Source: Anaerolineales bacterium (GTDB lineage Bacteria > Chloroflexota > Anaerolineae > Anaerolineales > E44-bin32). From it: a stretch of 64,000 bases of DNA. Below are positions 34,528-44,996 of this stretch, piece after piece. The position numbers and the translations under genes were made by a program. The notes under the pieces are model-generated. The model was not told where the DNA came from. It saw only the letters and a list, made by a program, of their open reading frames with translations, and did no database searches. Position 1 is the stretch's first letter; each line of letters begins with the position of its first letter. The DNA lies in NCBI GenBank assembly GCA_034430425.1, contig DAOUEK010000017.1:16827-80826 (forward strand). Reading direction: 5' to 3'.

Positions 34528-36695
34528 GGAACCACACAGACTGGAGCAGTAGTTCCGTGTTGGGACACCATGCAGCCTTCCGGTTCGGGTTCGGTTAATT
34601 CGGGTGAGACGATCACAGGTTGAATGGATACATCTCCTGTCACTTCCACTGTGTTGAGCGCCACCCAGCAGTGTCCGTAGGCGCTGGGATTAATGATCCA
34701 GAGCCAGGTGCTGTCCTCGTTGCGCCCGTCGACCTGGGCGGTTTCGCCTTCCAGCAGCGAACCGGTGATCTTATGGTCCGTGCTTGATCCTTCTCGACAG
34801 TTGGCGTTCATGATCGCCCTGGCTGTCGATGATCCATCATCATCAGGCTCAGGTTGTGATTCCTCTGGTTCGGCCCCGATCAACTCCTCTTCGAGTTCGA
34901 AGGCGCCGATGTCGCAATGTGTGCCCTGCGGACGGCTCACGCCGCGTTGATCTGTGGCAGGACAATCCCCGCCTCCCGCGCCGGCGTCTACCGCCGGACT
35001 GACGGGCATCAGGGCGTGAGTCCAGGTCGGCCCGCCATTGTTGGCCAATGGGTCGAGCAGCGGAGCCGTGCCGGGGATGTCGCTCAGGGTGAGATCGAGA
35101 CTGCAGGTGTTATCGCTGTCCAGGTTGTGGCCTAGCGTGATGAAGTCGGCGCCGAAGCAATCCGCATCCGCATTATCGGCGATGATGCTGCTCAACATTC
35201 GAGTCACACCGATGTTGACGCTGGAAATGCCGTGGGATGTGTTGTTGGAGATGGTTACGAATTTAAGTGTCATCTCACCGTTGTTGGCGATGCCGGCACC
35301 TTCCGGAGCGGTATTCCCGCTGATCGTGCTGTCGATAATCGTCAGGCTTCCACCGTCGGCGCCGGCGATGTAAATGCCGCCGCCTTTATCAACAGCCGTG
35401 TTTCCGGTGATGGTAGAGCCCTCGATGACCATAGTAGCAACGGCATTGTTCTCCAAACCACCGCCCCACATGCTAGCTTCGTTCTCGGCGATCGTGGTGT
35501 CGTTGATCTGCATATTCCCGCGCACGTTCCAAATCCCGGCGCCCTTGGGAGAGAGGTTGAGTGTTACCCTGCTTTGACGTAAGTCCATTGAGCCGTAATT
35601 GAAAATCCCGGTGGAGATATGTTCGCTGACCTCCACATCCGATAACGTCATGCTTCCGTAGTTAATCACACCAGAACCAAGATTCTGCAGGATTTGGGTT
35701 CCGGTTATATCGGCGCTGGATGTGGTATCCAGGTTGCAGATCCCGGCGTAATAATCCGGAGCGGCGTTATCCGACACGACACCCCCAGTAATTACAAGGA
35801 CATCGAAATTGGTGATGCCGCCGCAATAGTCATACGAATTGGTGTTGTTGCGGTAGACATCCGTATCGGTCAGTGTCATCTGGCCCAGATTGTAGATACC
35901 ACCTGCGTTGAAGTTATCCTGGAAGAGGCTGTCGTTGATTGTGGCGATTGCGCCTGTGTCGTTGTATAAACCGGCGCCAAGTTCTTCGGAGGTATTCATG
36001 GCGACTTCGCAGTTCGACATTATCAGGGTGTGCATGTTGTATATCCCGCCGCCATAGGCGTGATTCCCGACAGGCAGTTCGGCGGTATTGAAATTGAGCT
36101 CGACATTTTCGAGCATAAGCGTGCCGCGGTTGTGAATCCCGCCAGCGTTGAAGAGCCCAGGCCCGGGCACGGCTCCGATGGCGGTGTTGTGTGTCACTTT
36201 ACTGTCGAAGAGCGACACTACGGCACCATCGTTCACCAGAATCCCGCCTGTTGTCTTGCCGCTGCCGTTGAAAAGATGCAGGTTGTGAATGGCGAGGGTG
36301 ATTCCCGGATCAACGTACATCACGGTGCGTGTCCCATCGCCGTCCAATTTTACGGCTCCAACGCCTTCGATGGTGAGATCTTTATCGACGACAGTCGCCA
36401 CAGAAGGGTTCAAGGCGTCGGTTTCGATGTAATCTCCCGCCATGATAAAGATCGTATCCCCATCCACGGCTTTGTCGCTGGCAGCTTCCAGGGTGAGGCA
36501 GGCGGTTGCGGGCGTATGGCAATCGTTGCTGTCATTCCCGGTGGTGGCGACGTACCAGATGTGCGGATCGGGGCTCGGAATACAGGCGGCAAGCAACATC
36601 AAGACGAGCGCGGTGAATGAAAAAGTCAGTGTGCTTCGAATCTTCATCGTATCTCTCCTCTGCATGGCTGGCTGCGTCGAAACGACGCTCGACAT
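34479..36695 (-). CDS. secreted lipoprotein with parallel beta-helix (Pmp-like GGxIxN) repeats, choice-of-anchor-Q-type motif and C-terminal SH3b-like domain
   Basis: Lipobox LLAAC. Many GGGIYN/GAGLYN/GGIHN repeat units. DQRGVSRPQGTHCDIGAFE motif. C-terminal ANCREGSSTDHKITGSLLEGETAQVDGRNEDSTWLWI block. Confidence 0.7.
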   Translation of the reverse strand: MSSVVSTQPAMQRRDTMKIRSTLTFSFTALVLMLLAACIPSPDPHIWYVATTGNDSNDCHTPATACLTLEAASDKAVDGDTIFIMAGDYIETDALNPSVATVVDKDLTIEGVGAVKLDGDGTRTVMYVDPGITLAIHNLHLFNGSGKTTGGILVNDGAVVSLFDSKVTHNTAIGAVPGPGLFNAGGIHNRGTLMLENVELNFNTAELPVGNHAYGGGIYNMHTLIMSNCEVAMNTSEELGAGLYNDTGAIATINDSLFQDNFNAGGIYNLGQMTLTDTDVYRNNTNSYDYCGGITNFDVLVITGGVVSDNAAPDYYAGICNLDTTSSADITGTQILQNLGSGVINYGSMTLSDVEVSEHISTGIFNYGSMDLRQSRVTLNLSPKGAGIWNVRGNMQINDTTIAENEASMWGGGLENNAVATMVIEGSTITGNTAVDKGGGIYIAGADGGSLTIIDSTISGNTAPEGAGIANNGEMTLKFVTISNNTSHGISSVNIGVTRMLSSIIADNADADCFGADFITLGHNLDSDNTCSLDLTLSDIPGTAPLLDPLANNGGPTWTHALMPVSPAVDAGAGGGDCPATDQRGVSRPQGTHCDIGAFELEEELIGAEPEESQPEPDDDGSSTARAIMNANCREGSSTDHKITGSLLEGETAQVDGRNEDSTWLWIINPSAYGHCWVALNTVEVTGDVSIQPVIVSPELTEPEPEGCMVSQHGTTAPVCVVPCPKDAFPGDPCTPEE

Positions 36696-36928
36696 CGGTG
36701 TGGTCTTCTCACCTCATACTCTTGAACGCTTGAAGAGCTTGGTTTGTGACAGTTACTTTCAGCGTGTGGAAGTATGGGAAGTTCCTTCCCTTTCGATCCG
36801 CAACAATCCCATGTTGACTCTACGTTGGTGGGCGATGTGTTGTCAAGGCGGATTCTTGACGAAAAAGGAACATTGGGATGCTGTTCAACGCATCCCAATG
36901 TTTTCATGACGATAAAAACTGTGGCTGT

Positions 36929-38932
36929 TTAGTAGCCCAGCAGGACATACATAGCGGTGTCGAGGAGGACATCTTCGTCATTCAGGTAAACGGCATCGAA
37001 GGTCTCCTGTGTGATGGGAACGGTTATATCCGGAACCACGCCAATGCCTTCAATGTGAATCTCGCCCTCGGCGTTGACTGCGCGCCCGATGGTGAAACGT
37101 ATGCTCAGGTTTTCCGGCATGAGGAAATCTTCCACACTGCCACCCAGACCGGCGGTGGGATAATGCCCCACGATCGTCGCTCGGTCTGCGATGGTCATGT
37201 CGTATGAGAAGAACTCGCAGGCGCTTGCGCATCCCGGCCCTACGATGACGACGATATCGCCATCGTACCGCAGCTCCTCACGCGGCAGGAAGAATTGGTC
37301 TTCGTCGCCGGGGTCGGCGTAGAAATCATCGATACTGTCATCGTAAAAACTGGTGTTCCCGATGACGTGTTCTTCCTCGAAGAAGTACGCGGCCATCTGA
37401 TCAGCGAGATAACCGTTGCCACCGCCGTTGACGCGCATGTCGATGATCAATCCGGGAATGCTATACTCGTTCAACTCCTCTATCATTCGTTCCCAGAGCT
37501 GTATGGTGAGCAGCTCATTGTCGAGGAAACCGGTGATCTTGACATAGGCCAAGCCGCTGTCGAGAATCTCGTATTCTACCGGCAGTTCGAAGCCGGTAAT
37601 GTCGGCGTAGGGCGAATTGGCGTAGAGACTTTCAAATTCCACCACGGTAGTTGGTGTAGCGACCTTTGCAGTTTCGGACGGGTTCGTATACGCAACCGTG
37701 ACCCGTTCGTTGTCTGGAAATCGCAGCGCGAACAGGAGTTGCTCGAGTCTTTTCGTGTGCTCTGTACTGAAGGGCGACGACCAGGGTACGTTCGCGGAGA
37801 TCACCTCGTCGATCGGTACACCATCGAGGGCGGTGATCTCGGCACCGATTTGGATGCCGGCTTCGGCGGCCGGTCCGTCTTCGAGAATGTAATTCACCAG
37901 TACGCGTCCGTCGCTCAATTCTACTGCTGCCATACCTAGTCCACCAATGATCTCGCGTTGAATCAGCGATCCAAGTACAGTGATGTCCATGCCGACGTGA
38001 CCGTCCGGGATCGACCAGAGGAAGTCGCGCAGAGCGAGATAATACGCTTCTGTGTCTCCGGTTTCTTCGGCCGCTTCAAAGCGTGGTCGGAATTCCGATC
38101 GTAAGGCGTCCCAATCGATGCCCTTGTAATCGGTGAATGCGTATTCAGTGCGCATTTTCTCGAGCATTGCGTCGAAGGCTTCAGGGTAGGGGAGCGAAGA
38201 AAAATCGGAAAGGGCGATCGATTCCGGTTCGAGTAGATCGATGACGGCTTCCCTTGAGCGATCGAAGGTGAAGGGTTCTTGATCCATGTCGACTACAGTC
38301 CAGCCTTGTGGGACTTGTACGATGGGATCGTCGTCCGTGAAGAGCAAATCATCATCACCGAAGCCCGAGGGAAAACCCTGGTTGTCATCTGGGGCAAATA
38401 TTACGTATTTGCCTCCATATACCTCCAGGTAGTGATCGCGATCGTCGTTGATGCGCGTCGAAGCGTATGCGGAAGACCATCCGCCGCCGGATTGATCTCG
38501 CCGTTCGAGATAGGCGTCGCCCCAGGTGTTGGTCCAGTAGGCGACGGCGAAAATCATCACCCCATCGTCTGCTTTACCGTCGTTGTCCACATCCCGCTGC
38601 GTGCCGCGCGGCATGAGTGGCAGGGTGAGATTGTAGCTGAAGGGGGATTCGTAGAAATCTGAAGTGATCTGCCCCAAAACCTGGGATTCGACAGGGAATA
38701 TAAAATCCCGTTCCCGCTCGACGAAACCGGCCTGGTCTTCGAGAATCACGATCGGCTCGGCGACTCCGAGTGTGAAGAACGGGTTGGTGTATGCGACTTC
38801 ACCTGTGATGTATACCGGTCCACCCTCGTCGTTGACGATTTTGGCAGGAGGAACCTGATCGGTTTTGCAGCTTGTAAGCAGCATCACCAATAATGTGAAC
38901 AGGACAAACCAGATCGCGTGTTTGGTTTTCAT
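36929..38932 (-). CDS. S41-family (tail-specific/C-terminal processing type) peptidase lipoprotein with PDZ-like domain
   Basis: Lipobox LLTSC. PDZ-like GPAAEAGIQIGAEITALDGVPI. S41 core IIDMRVNGGGNGYLADQ and VVIVGPGCASACEFF. Confidence 0.8.
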   Translation of the reverse strand: MKTKHAIWFVLFTLLVMLLTSCKTDQVPPAKIVNDEGGPVYITGEVAYTNPFFTLGVAEPIVILEDQAGFVERERDFIFPVESQVLGQITSDFYESPFSYNLTLPLMPRGTQRDVDNDGKADDGVMIFAVAYWTNTWGDAYLERRDQSGGGWSSAYASTRINDDRDHYLEVYGGKYVIFAPDDNQGFPSGFGDDDLLFTDDDPIVQVPQGWTVVDMDQEPFTFDRSREAVIDLLEPESIALSDFSSLPYPEAFDAMLEKMRTEYAFTDYKGIDWDALRSEFRPRFEAAEETGDTEAYYLALRDFLWSIPDGHVGMDITVLGSLIQREIIGGLGMAAVELSDGRVLVNYILEDGPAAEAGIQIGAEITALDGVPIDEVISANVPWSSPFSTEHTKRLEQLLFALRFPDNERVTVAYTNPSETAKVATPTTVVEFESLYANSPYADITGFELPVEYEILDSGLAYVKITGFLDNELLTIQLWERMIEELNEYSIPGLIIDMRVNGGGNGYLADQMAAYFFEEEHVIGNTSFYDDSIDDFYADPGDEDQFFLPREELRYDGDIVVIVGPGCASACEFFSYDMTIADRATIVGHYPTAGLGGSVEDFLMPENLSIRFTIGRAVNAEGEIHIEGIGVVPDITVPITQETFDAVYLNDEDVLLDTAMYVLLGY

Positions 38933-39227
38933 TGCAGATCTCCTTTTTTGATCATGCGAGGCAAGTGATAGCAGCTCTCGTTGGATGGATCGTGTAATTT
39001 TGTATTCTCAAGCATAGAAACGGATTCTCTTGTAACAGTTTTGCATTGTACCAAACTTCGAATCTTGAAAATAGAATATTACCAATGTATTTTCGTTACT
39101 TTTTACACACCGTACGATCTTCTTGGGTGTAGATGATCTACTTGGTACTTTTTTGGGGATGGATCGATTTCCCAATCGGAGCAGGCTTCTGCTTCGAGCA
39201 CCGTATGCAATGGTGGATTTGAGGGAA

Positions 39228-40004
39228 CTAACCGCAGATCTCGCAGCGCGGGTTTTTATTCACACGAATATCTTCGAAACGCATTGCGAGACAATCGAAA
39301 ATCAGTAAGCGGCCAATGAGCGAATCGCCGATCTCAAGGATGACTTTCAATGTCTCGGTCGCCTGGATCATCCCGATCACGCCCGGGACAACTCCAAAGA
39401 TACCGTCTTCAGCAGCGTTCGGCATTAAATCCGCAGGCGGTGGAGCAGGAAAGATGCAGCGGTAGCAGGGTCCACGGTCGCTCCAGAAGACACTCGCCTG
39501 ACCTTCAAACCGGAAGACCGATCCATAGATGTGGGGTTTGCCGCTGCGCACACATACATCGTTCAGCAGGTATCGGGTGGGGAAGTTATCACTGGCATCG
39601 ACGATTACGTCGTACGGTTGGGCGATTGTCTCAGCATTATCCTCGCTGAATGCTTGTGCATGGATATCTACCTGGACATTGGGATTGATGTCCAGCAAAC
39701 GTGCTCTTGCAGATTCGACTTTTCGGTTCCCCAGGTTCGAGGTGCCATGTAAGATCTGGCGGTGGAGGTTGCTCAGTTCGACTTCGTCGGGATCGATCAA
39801 GCCGATACGGCCTACACCGGCGGCGGCAAGATACATGGATACAGGCGATCCCAATCCGCCTGTACCGATGATGAGTACCGCAGCCGCCTTAATATTCTGC
39901 TGCCCAGATCGGCCTACTTCCTGGAGCAGCAAGTGACGCGAATAGCGCTGGATTTCATCTCGAGAGAGTTCTGAATATCCCCGGTTTTTATGTGAGTCAG
40001 GCAT
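39228..40004 (-). CDS. ThiF/MoeB/HesA-family E1-like adenylyltransferase
   Basis: YSRHLLLQEVGRSGQQNIKAAAVLIIGTGGLGSPVSMYLAAAGVGRIGLIDPDEVELSNLHRQ. Two CxxC pairs (CYRC...CEIC). No rhodanese domain. Confidence 0.85.
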   Translation of the reverse strand: MPDSHKNRGYSELSRDEIQRYSRHLLLQEVGRSGQQNIKAAAVLIIGTGGLGSPVSMYLAAAGVGRIGLIDPDEVELSNLHRQILHGTSNLGNRKVESARARLLDINPNVQVDIHAQAFSEDNAETIAQPYDVIVDASDNFPTRYLLNDVCVRSGKPHIYGSVFRFEGQASVFWSDRGPCYRCIFPAPPPADLMPNAAEDGIFGVVPGVIGMIQATETLKVILEIGDSLIGRLLIFDCLAMRFEDIRVNKNPRCEICG

Positions 40005-40241
40005 GGTTTCACCTCAGGCTTATTTATAACCCTTCCGGGGAGACATGCAAATCGCTGCTTGTTTGGTTCGGATTTTGCATCGTGTTGTATTGGAGAGTGA
40101 CCCTTGATCGCTGATTCCTTCATATCGCATCTTCCACTGATTGGTTCGCAGGAGTATCGCCAAGGATAGTTTCCGCAAGTTTGAACATGTATATGAAGCG
40201 CTTGCGGAGAGGAACTCTCCCGAGTAGGATAGTAGACCATT

Positions 40242-41063
40242 ATGTCGCAACGTCGTATTCTCCATACGCAGTCTCCGCCTCTCGAGCCGATAACGAGTCG
40301 AGTGATGCGGCATCTTGCGGTAACGTTTCTTGTGGCTGCAGGTTTGGCTACGGTTTTTACCGCATGGACTCCGGCCAGCCTCAACCCGGAAGAACTCGCC
40401 GGCCAGTTGGCTGCGGCTTTGGAGGATGAATCAGAAAAACCTCCCGCTTTGAACGCCTCGGGTGGGTTGGTGTCGGAGGATGGAAGACTTCGCATCGGGA
40501 TTGTGGCCGGCCACTCTGGATTGTTCCCGGATACCGGCGCGCCTGATCCCGGCTCGATTTGTGAGGACGGTCTCACCGAAGCTGAAGTAAATGCGGAGAT
40601 TGCTTATCTGACAGTCAAGTATCTGGAAGCGGCTGGCATGCAGGTGGACCTTCTCGAGGAGTGGGATCCACGTTTGCAAGATTATCGAGCTGTTGCGTTA
40701 GTTTCGATCCATGCCGATTCCTGTCTGCCGATCAATGAGTATGCGACCGGATACAAAGTGGCTGCCGCAGTTGACACGGTGATTCAAGATAAAGCACAGC
40801 GTTTGGTGGCTTGTATCATCGACCGCTATGGGGATGCAACGGACTTGTATTATCATTCGGGAAGCATCACCCGAGACATGACGGAGTATCATACCTTCCA
40901 GGAAATTCATACGCAGACACCGGCCGTGATAATCGAGACCGGTTTTCTCTACCTCGATCGAGATTTCCTCACAGGCAGTCCGGACCTCGCCGCCCGTGGT
41001 ATCGCCGACGGGATTCTGTGTTACGTGAACAATGAGCCCATCGATCTAAGCAGCGAGAATTAG
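40242..41063 (+). CDS. N-acetylmuramoyl-L-alanine amidase (Amidase_3)
   Basis: N-terminal TM helix. RIGIVAGHSG...DPGS...E(A)EVN...LVSIHADS zinc-amidase pattern. Confidence 0.8.
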   Translation: MSQRRILHTQSPPLEPITSRVMRHLAVTFLVAAGLATVFTAWTPASLNPEELAGQLAAALEDESEKPPALNASGGLVSEDGRLRIGIVAGHSGLFPDTGAPDPGSICEDGLTEAEVNAEIAYLTVKYLEAAGMQVDLLEEWDPRLQDYRAVALVSIHADSCLPINEYATGYKVAAAVDTVIQDKAQRLVACIIDRYGDATDLYYHSGSITRDMTEYHTFQEIHTQTPAVIIETGFLYLDRDFLTGSPDLAARGIADGILCYVNNEPIDLSSEN

Positions 41064-41065
41064 CC

Positions 41066-42055
41066 ATGGAGACAGAACCGGGTTTTCCCGGAATGAATGC
41101 TGCAGATCACATCTCGCTGCTTCAGGAAGCGAGGAATGCTTTCGCGGAGGACGATCACGAAAGAGCGCGGCGGTTGTGTCGGCGTGCGATCCGGCTGGCA
41201 CCAAAGGATGAATTGCCCTGGGTTTTGATGGCTAAATATGCTTTACCCCGGAAGGGGTTGGAATATCTGGCGCGTGCGTTGGAGATCAATCCCAGGAGTC
41301 GCGTTGCGCGAAAAATGATCCGGGAATTGGTCCGTCGTATGCCCGCCGGCGAACGCCAGGAGGCGATCGAGGAAATAACACTGCCCGAATCATTGGCGCA
41401 TGAGCTTCTTCCCTCGGATGCGTTGACAATACGGCGTTTGCTTTCATCCCGCTTCATACTCGCAGCCCTGGTGGTTGTGGTGGCGGCCGCGATTTGGCTG
41501 GGGGGCCAGCCGGTCGATGCACTGCAGCCACAAATGTCTTCGGCCGGTATTGTCAAGGCCACCCTGACACCAACACATACACTGACCCCAACACCAACCC
41601 TGACGCCCACACCGACTCTAACACCCACACCAACGTTGACTCCCACCCCGCGACCTGCAGCATCTTCCCATTACACCACCAATCCGGCAGATCTTGCCGA
41701 TGAAGGACGATGGATCGATGTCGATCTTTCCGCGCAGCGCGTTACCGCCTATGAAGGGGCGACGGCAGTGAAATCGTTTCTTGTCTCGACCGGCACACGC
41801 GCCCATCCCACGGTTACCGGTCAGTATCGAATTTACCGAAAGTATGTCTCCGCACCGATGTCGGGTCCGGGATATTACCTGCCCGGCGTGCCGTATACGA
41901 TGTATTTTTACAAAGGCTATGCACTGCATGGGACCTACTGGCATAGCAATTTCGGAACACCGATGAGTCACGGCTGCGTCAATCTGTATACACCGGATGC
42001 CGAATGGTTATATAACTTCGCTTCGATCGGCACGCTGGTCAACGTTCATCCGTAG
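41066..42055 (+). CDS. L,D-transpeptidase (YkuD) with TPR-like N-terminus, TM helix and PT linker
   Basis: C-terminal YALHGTYWHSNFGTPMSHGCVNL catalytic motif. Confidence 0.85.
   Translation: METEPGFPGMNAADHISLLQEARNAFAEDDHERARRLCRRAIRLAPKDELPWVLMAKYALPRKGLEYLARALEINPRSRVARKMIRELVRRMPAGERQEAIEEITLPESLAHELLPSDALTIRRLLSSRFILAALVVVVAAAIWLGGQPVDALQPQMSSAGIVKATLTPTHTLTPTPTLTPTPTLTPTPTLTPTPRPAASSHYTTNPADLADEGRWIDVDLSAQRVTAYEGATAVKSFLVSTGTRAHPTVTGQYRIYRKYVSAPMSGPGYYLPGVPYTMYFYKGYALHGTYWHSNFGTPMSHGCVNLYTPDAEWLYNFASIGTLVNVHP
41561..41650 (+). repeat. degenerate 18-nt tandem repeat encoding a (T-P-T-P-T-L)n linker
   Basis: Translation is TLTPTHTLTPTPTLTPTPTLTPTPTLTPTP. The units differ at synonymous positions, and the repeat lies within the L,D-transpeptidase CDS. 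Confidence 0.8.
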
Positions 42056-42202
42056 GTAATCTGGAATCAAAATTTCCATGATTACTTTCTTGGTCTGTTG
42101 GGGAGATCCAAAAATGGATTATTGTAAAGTTTTACCAGCTTTAATTTACCCCCAGATTTGGTAATATTAACTCGTCCGTATTTGTCTGAATGGAGTATTT
42201 TC

Positions 42203-42562
42203 ATGCCAGAATTGACCCTTGAAGGGCACGGCACCTTTGAGGTAAAAAAGGGCACCCGCTTGGTCCGTGCGATCGAAGACTGTGGTGTTGATATCCTGCA
42301 TCGATGCGGTGGGTACGCAAAGTGTACGACCTGCCGTGTGGTGTTCCTTGAAGGAGAACCCCAGAATCGCACGCTTGCGGAGCGGGACAAGCTAAAAGAA
42401 AAAGGTGAGAGTGGGATCCGGCTTTCCTGCCAGTGTCTCGTCGAGAATGACATGACGGTGCGTGTGTTGAATACTTTGAAGAGTACGGGGCTCGATAGCC
42501 CCGGTGATCCGCCGGAGGCGCAGATCACCCCCGAACCGGAATGGGTCTCACTTTCGGAGTAA
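42203..42562 (+). CDS. 2Fe-2S ferredoxin-domain protein
   Basis: ATG 42203 follows GGAG. CGGYAKCTTCRV cluster motif plus a downstream LSCQC. The track ORF begins at 42158. Confidence 0.8.
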   Translation: MPELTLEGHGTFEVKKGTRLVRAIEDCGVDILHRCGGYAKCTTCRVVFLEGEPQNRTLAERDKLKEKGESGIRLSCQCLVENDMTVRVLNTLKSTGLDSPGDPPEAQITPEPEWVSLSE

Positions 42563-42568
42563 GGAATC

Positions 42569-42997
42569 GTGGTTCGCAGAGCGTTGTTTCAGGGACTTGT
42601 CATCGACGAAAAAGATCATCCCGTTGAGGTCGATATCGTGGGCGGTGAGGCGTACTACATCGTCGATGATGATGGTTTCCGGCGCCATATCGAATGTGAA
42701 TACGTTGACCGCCAGGTCCTCGAACATTTCCAGGAAATGATACGCGGTCATGAAGACTTGGTTACAACGGGCACGATGGAGATGCTCGGTCAGGATGATA
42801 TTTTCACGAAAGCCATGATCGAGAACCAGCTCAAGAATATAGATACGCAATTCGATGCCATGCTTCAGCAGGGTTTACCGGAAGAGGCTCGGGCATATCT
42901 GGGAATGCTTGGGTTCCGTGTGGTGATCGATATGCGTGGTGACGTTATTCGAGTCGATCAGCCGGAAGGGTCCGATTCAGATGAGCCCTATGATTGA
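42569..42997 (+). CDS. hypothetical acidic protein (142 aa)
   Basis: GTG start 6 nt after the ferredoxin stop. No family recognised. Confidence 0.45.
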   Translation: MVRRALFQGLVIDEKDHPVEVDIVGGEAYYIVDDDGFRRHIECEYVDRQVLEHFQEMIRGHEDLVTTGTMEMLGQDDIFTKAMIENQLKNIDTQFDAMLQQGLPEEARAYLGMLGFRVVIDMRGDVIRVDQPEGSDSDEPYD

Positions 42998-43138
42998 TGT
43001 CTGGCGGTTGATTGCCTGGTGGAATGGTCTTCGTGATTCGTCTCTTGTGTGATCACATCGGATGTGAATCGTCTTCGCTGGAGATGGCCTCTCGGTTATA
43101 ATCCTATACGCCAATTCATTTTGTAACTGGAGTTCGTT

Positions 43139-43975
43139 GTGAGTCTATCCGCGTATATTCTCGATGTGACTGAGGGAACTTTTGAGAGCGATGTACTTAT
43201 GCGTTCTCATGAAATCCCTGTTATCGTGGATTTTTGGGCTGAATGGTGTGCGCCTTGTAAATCTCTCGGTCCCTTTTTGGAACGTCTGGCGATCGAATGG
43301 GGCGGCTCATTCCTGTTGGCCAAGGTCGATGTCGACGAGAACCCCAGTTTGGCCATTCGCTACGGCGTGCAAGGCATTCCGGCCGTCAAGGCGATCCGTA
43401 ATGGGGATGTTTTCGCGGAATTTGTAGGCGCACAACCCGAATCGATTGTGAGAAGATTCGTTCAGAATCTGGTTCCCAGTGAGGCGGAAAATGCCGTCGC
43501 TGAAGCAAAATCCCTGCTGGCGACTCGACATTGGTCAGAGGCTGAGGCGGCATTTCGTGAGGTACTTGCGCAGGATGATTGCAACGCGGCGGCTGCGCTT
43601 GGCCTGGTGAAAAGCCTGCTTATGCAGGGAATGGGAAAGGAAGCCGTCGATATCCTCGGCAATTTCCCCCCCGGAAACGAGTGGTCGGTTGCCGAGAGTT
43701 TGAAGCCTCTGGCGCTTATGCTTGCCGAAGTGGAAGGAAGCAGCACCGTTGCAGAGGAAGATGCGCTCAATGCACAACTATATCGAGCAGTAAAGTTAAT
43801 TGCACGTGGTAACCTGCCCGCCGCGCTGGATGGCCTGCTGGATATCTTGCGCGAGGATAAAAACTATCGTGGCGGCCTTCCCAAGCAGATCATGCTGGCA
43901 CTTTTCGCATTGCTGGGGGATCAAGATCCATTGACGCGAGAGTATCGAGAAGAGCTCGCTTCCGTCCTGTTCTAG
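43139..43975 (+). CDS. thioredoxin-domain protein with C-terminal TPR-like domain (YbbN/CnoX-like)
   Basis: VIVDFWAEWCAPCK active site (WCAPC), followed by ~170 aa of helical repeats. Confidence 0.85.
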   Translation: MSLSAYILDVTEGTFESDVLMRSHEIPVIVDFWAEWCAPCKSLGPFLERLAIEWGGSFLLAKVDVDENPSLAIRYGVQGIPAVKAIRNGDVFAEFVGAQPESIVRRFVQNLVPSEAENAVAEAKSLLATRHWSEAEAAFREVLAQDDCNAAAALGLVKSLLMQGMGKEAVDILGNFPPGNEWSVAESLKPLALMLAEVEGSSTVAEEDALNAQLYRAVKLIARGNLPAALDGLLDILREDKNYRGGLPKQIMLALFALLGDQDPLTREYREELASVLF

Positions 43976-44027
43976 CCTTCATCCTGAAAATCAACTTCTC
44001 CGATAGCGCCTGGTTATCACGTAGAAG

Positions 44028-44996
44028 CTACTCGGGGGATTCGAGGATCAACGTACCCCAGGTTGTGGGGTCGGTCGCCCGTCGGGTGTTGACATTTGAG
44101 ACCATCGATTGCCAGGTCGAGACGCCTGTCGTGTCGTTATCTGAGAGCGAAAGGGCGAAGCCGAAATGGCTTCCGGCTGTGGGTGTGAGGCCGAAGGCAG
44201 ACCAGGGAATCTTCACCTCCAGCTTGTATCCGTTCCCGTCTTTCACGGCGGCGATATCCGCGCTGTCGACCCTGGCTTCGAGACTCCGCGGGAACCAGCG
44301 ATAGACCTCGGCATCCAGGGATCCGAAATTGCCCGGCGAGAGACCGATCTGGTAATCGTCCTGGCTCATGCTGACGGTGTAATAATCGCCGGCCAGGTCG
44401 GTGTCGAGTTGGATTTCGATGTCATCCCCCTTGTACATATAACGTCCCCACGAAGTTTGCACGAAGGTGTCGTCCGTGCGTTTAACTGCAATGTAGAGGT
44501 AATCCATGTCCCAGGCGATGTAGATGGTCGCCGACAGGTCGCTCGGTCCACTCCAGCCACTTCCTGCATATGGGACGGTTTCATTGGCTGAGCAGGATGC
44601 TGTTGACCATTCACCCAGGTCGCCGTCGATGGCGATCGTGAAGTTCCGATATGCGGCTTTTACGGGCGAGCCGTTCGATCGAGAATAATGCGTACTCGAT
44701 GTGGCTTCCGGGATGATTGTGTCGAGCGCTATTTCGCCGGCGCTTTCAGGTGTGAGGGTTGCGGTAGACTCACCCTCTTCCTGGGGAGTGGTTGACGTTT
44801 CGTTTGCAATGATAACCACCGGCGTATTGGCCGGGGATTCCACGTAGGGCGTCGAGGGGGTGGAAAATATCGCCGTGTGGGTTAAGTTGGGCGTCGGAAA
44901 GGAAAACGGTGTGGGTGAGGTGGCGCCGGGCAGGGTGCAAGACACGATGCTGGATGCAAGCATGAGTATCAGCAGCAGACGTACATATTTACACAT
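44028..44996 (-). CDS. secreted lipoprotein with CBM9/DOMON-like carbohydrate-binding domain
   Basis: ATG 44996 follows GGAGGG. Lipobox IVSC. AIDGDLGEWS, YIAWDMDYLYIAV and FGFALSLSDND blocks resemble carbohydrate-binding family 9. Confidence 0.6.
   Translation of the reverse strand: MCKYVRLLLILMLASSIVSCTLPGATSPTPFSFPTPNLTHTAIFSTPSTPYVESPANTPVVIIANETSTTPQEEGESTATLTPESAGEIALDTIIPEATSSTHYSRSNGSPVKAAYRNFTIAIDGDLGEWSTASCSANETVPYAGSGWSGPSDLSATIYIAWDMDYLYIAVKRTDDTFVQTSWGRYMYKGDDIEIQLDTDLAGDYYTVSMSQDDYQIGLSPGNFGSLDAEVYRWFPRSLEARVDSADIAAVKDGNGYKLEVKIPWSAFGLTPTAGSHFGFALSLSDNDTTGVSTWQSMVSNVNTRRATDPTTWGTLILESPE

Noticed and set aside
40005-40241. Possible Moco or other riboswitch upstream of the ThiF/MoeB-like gene; imperfect inverted repeat ATGCAAATCG...CGGATTTTGCAT
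   Set aside because: No Moco-motif conserved blocks are present. The region is a divergent promoter spacer. The inverted repeat is imperfect and I cannot distinguish it from chance. No ubiquitin-like (GG-terminal) small ORF is adjacent either.
41561-41650. Periodic 18-nt DNA repeat; checked as a possible CRISPR, tandem-repeat or contingency locus
   Set aside because: It lies in-frame inside the L,D-transpeptidase gene and encodes a TPTPTL linker. The units vary at synonymous sites and there are no spacers. Similar PT linkers occur in several other secreted proteins here (about 3420-3520 and 15590-15680).
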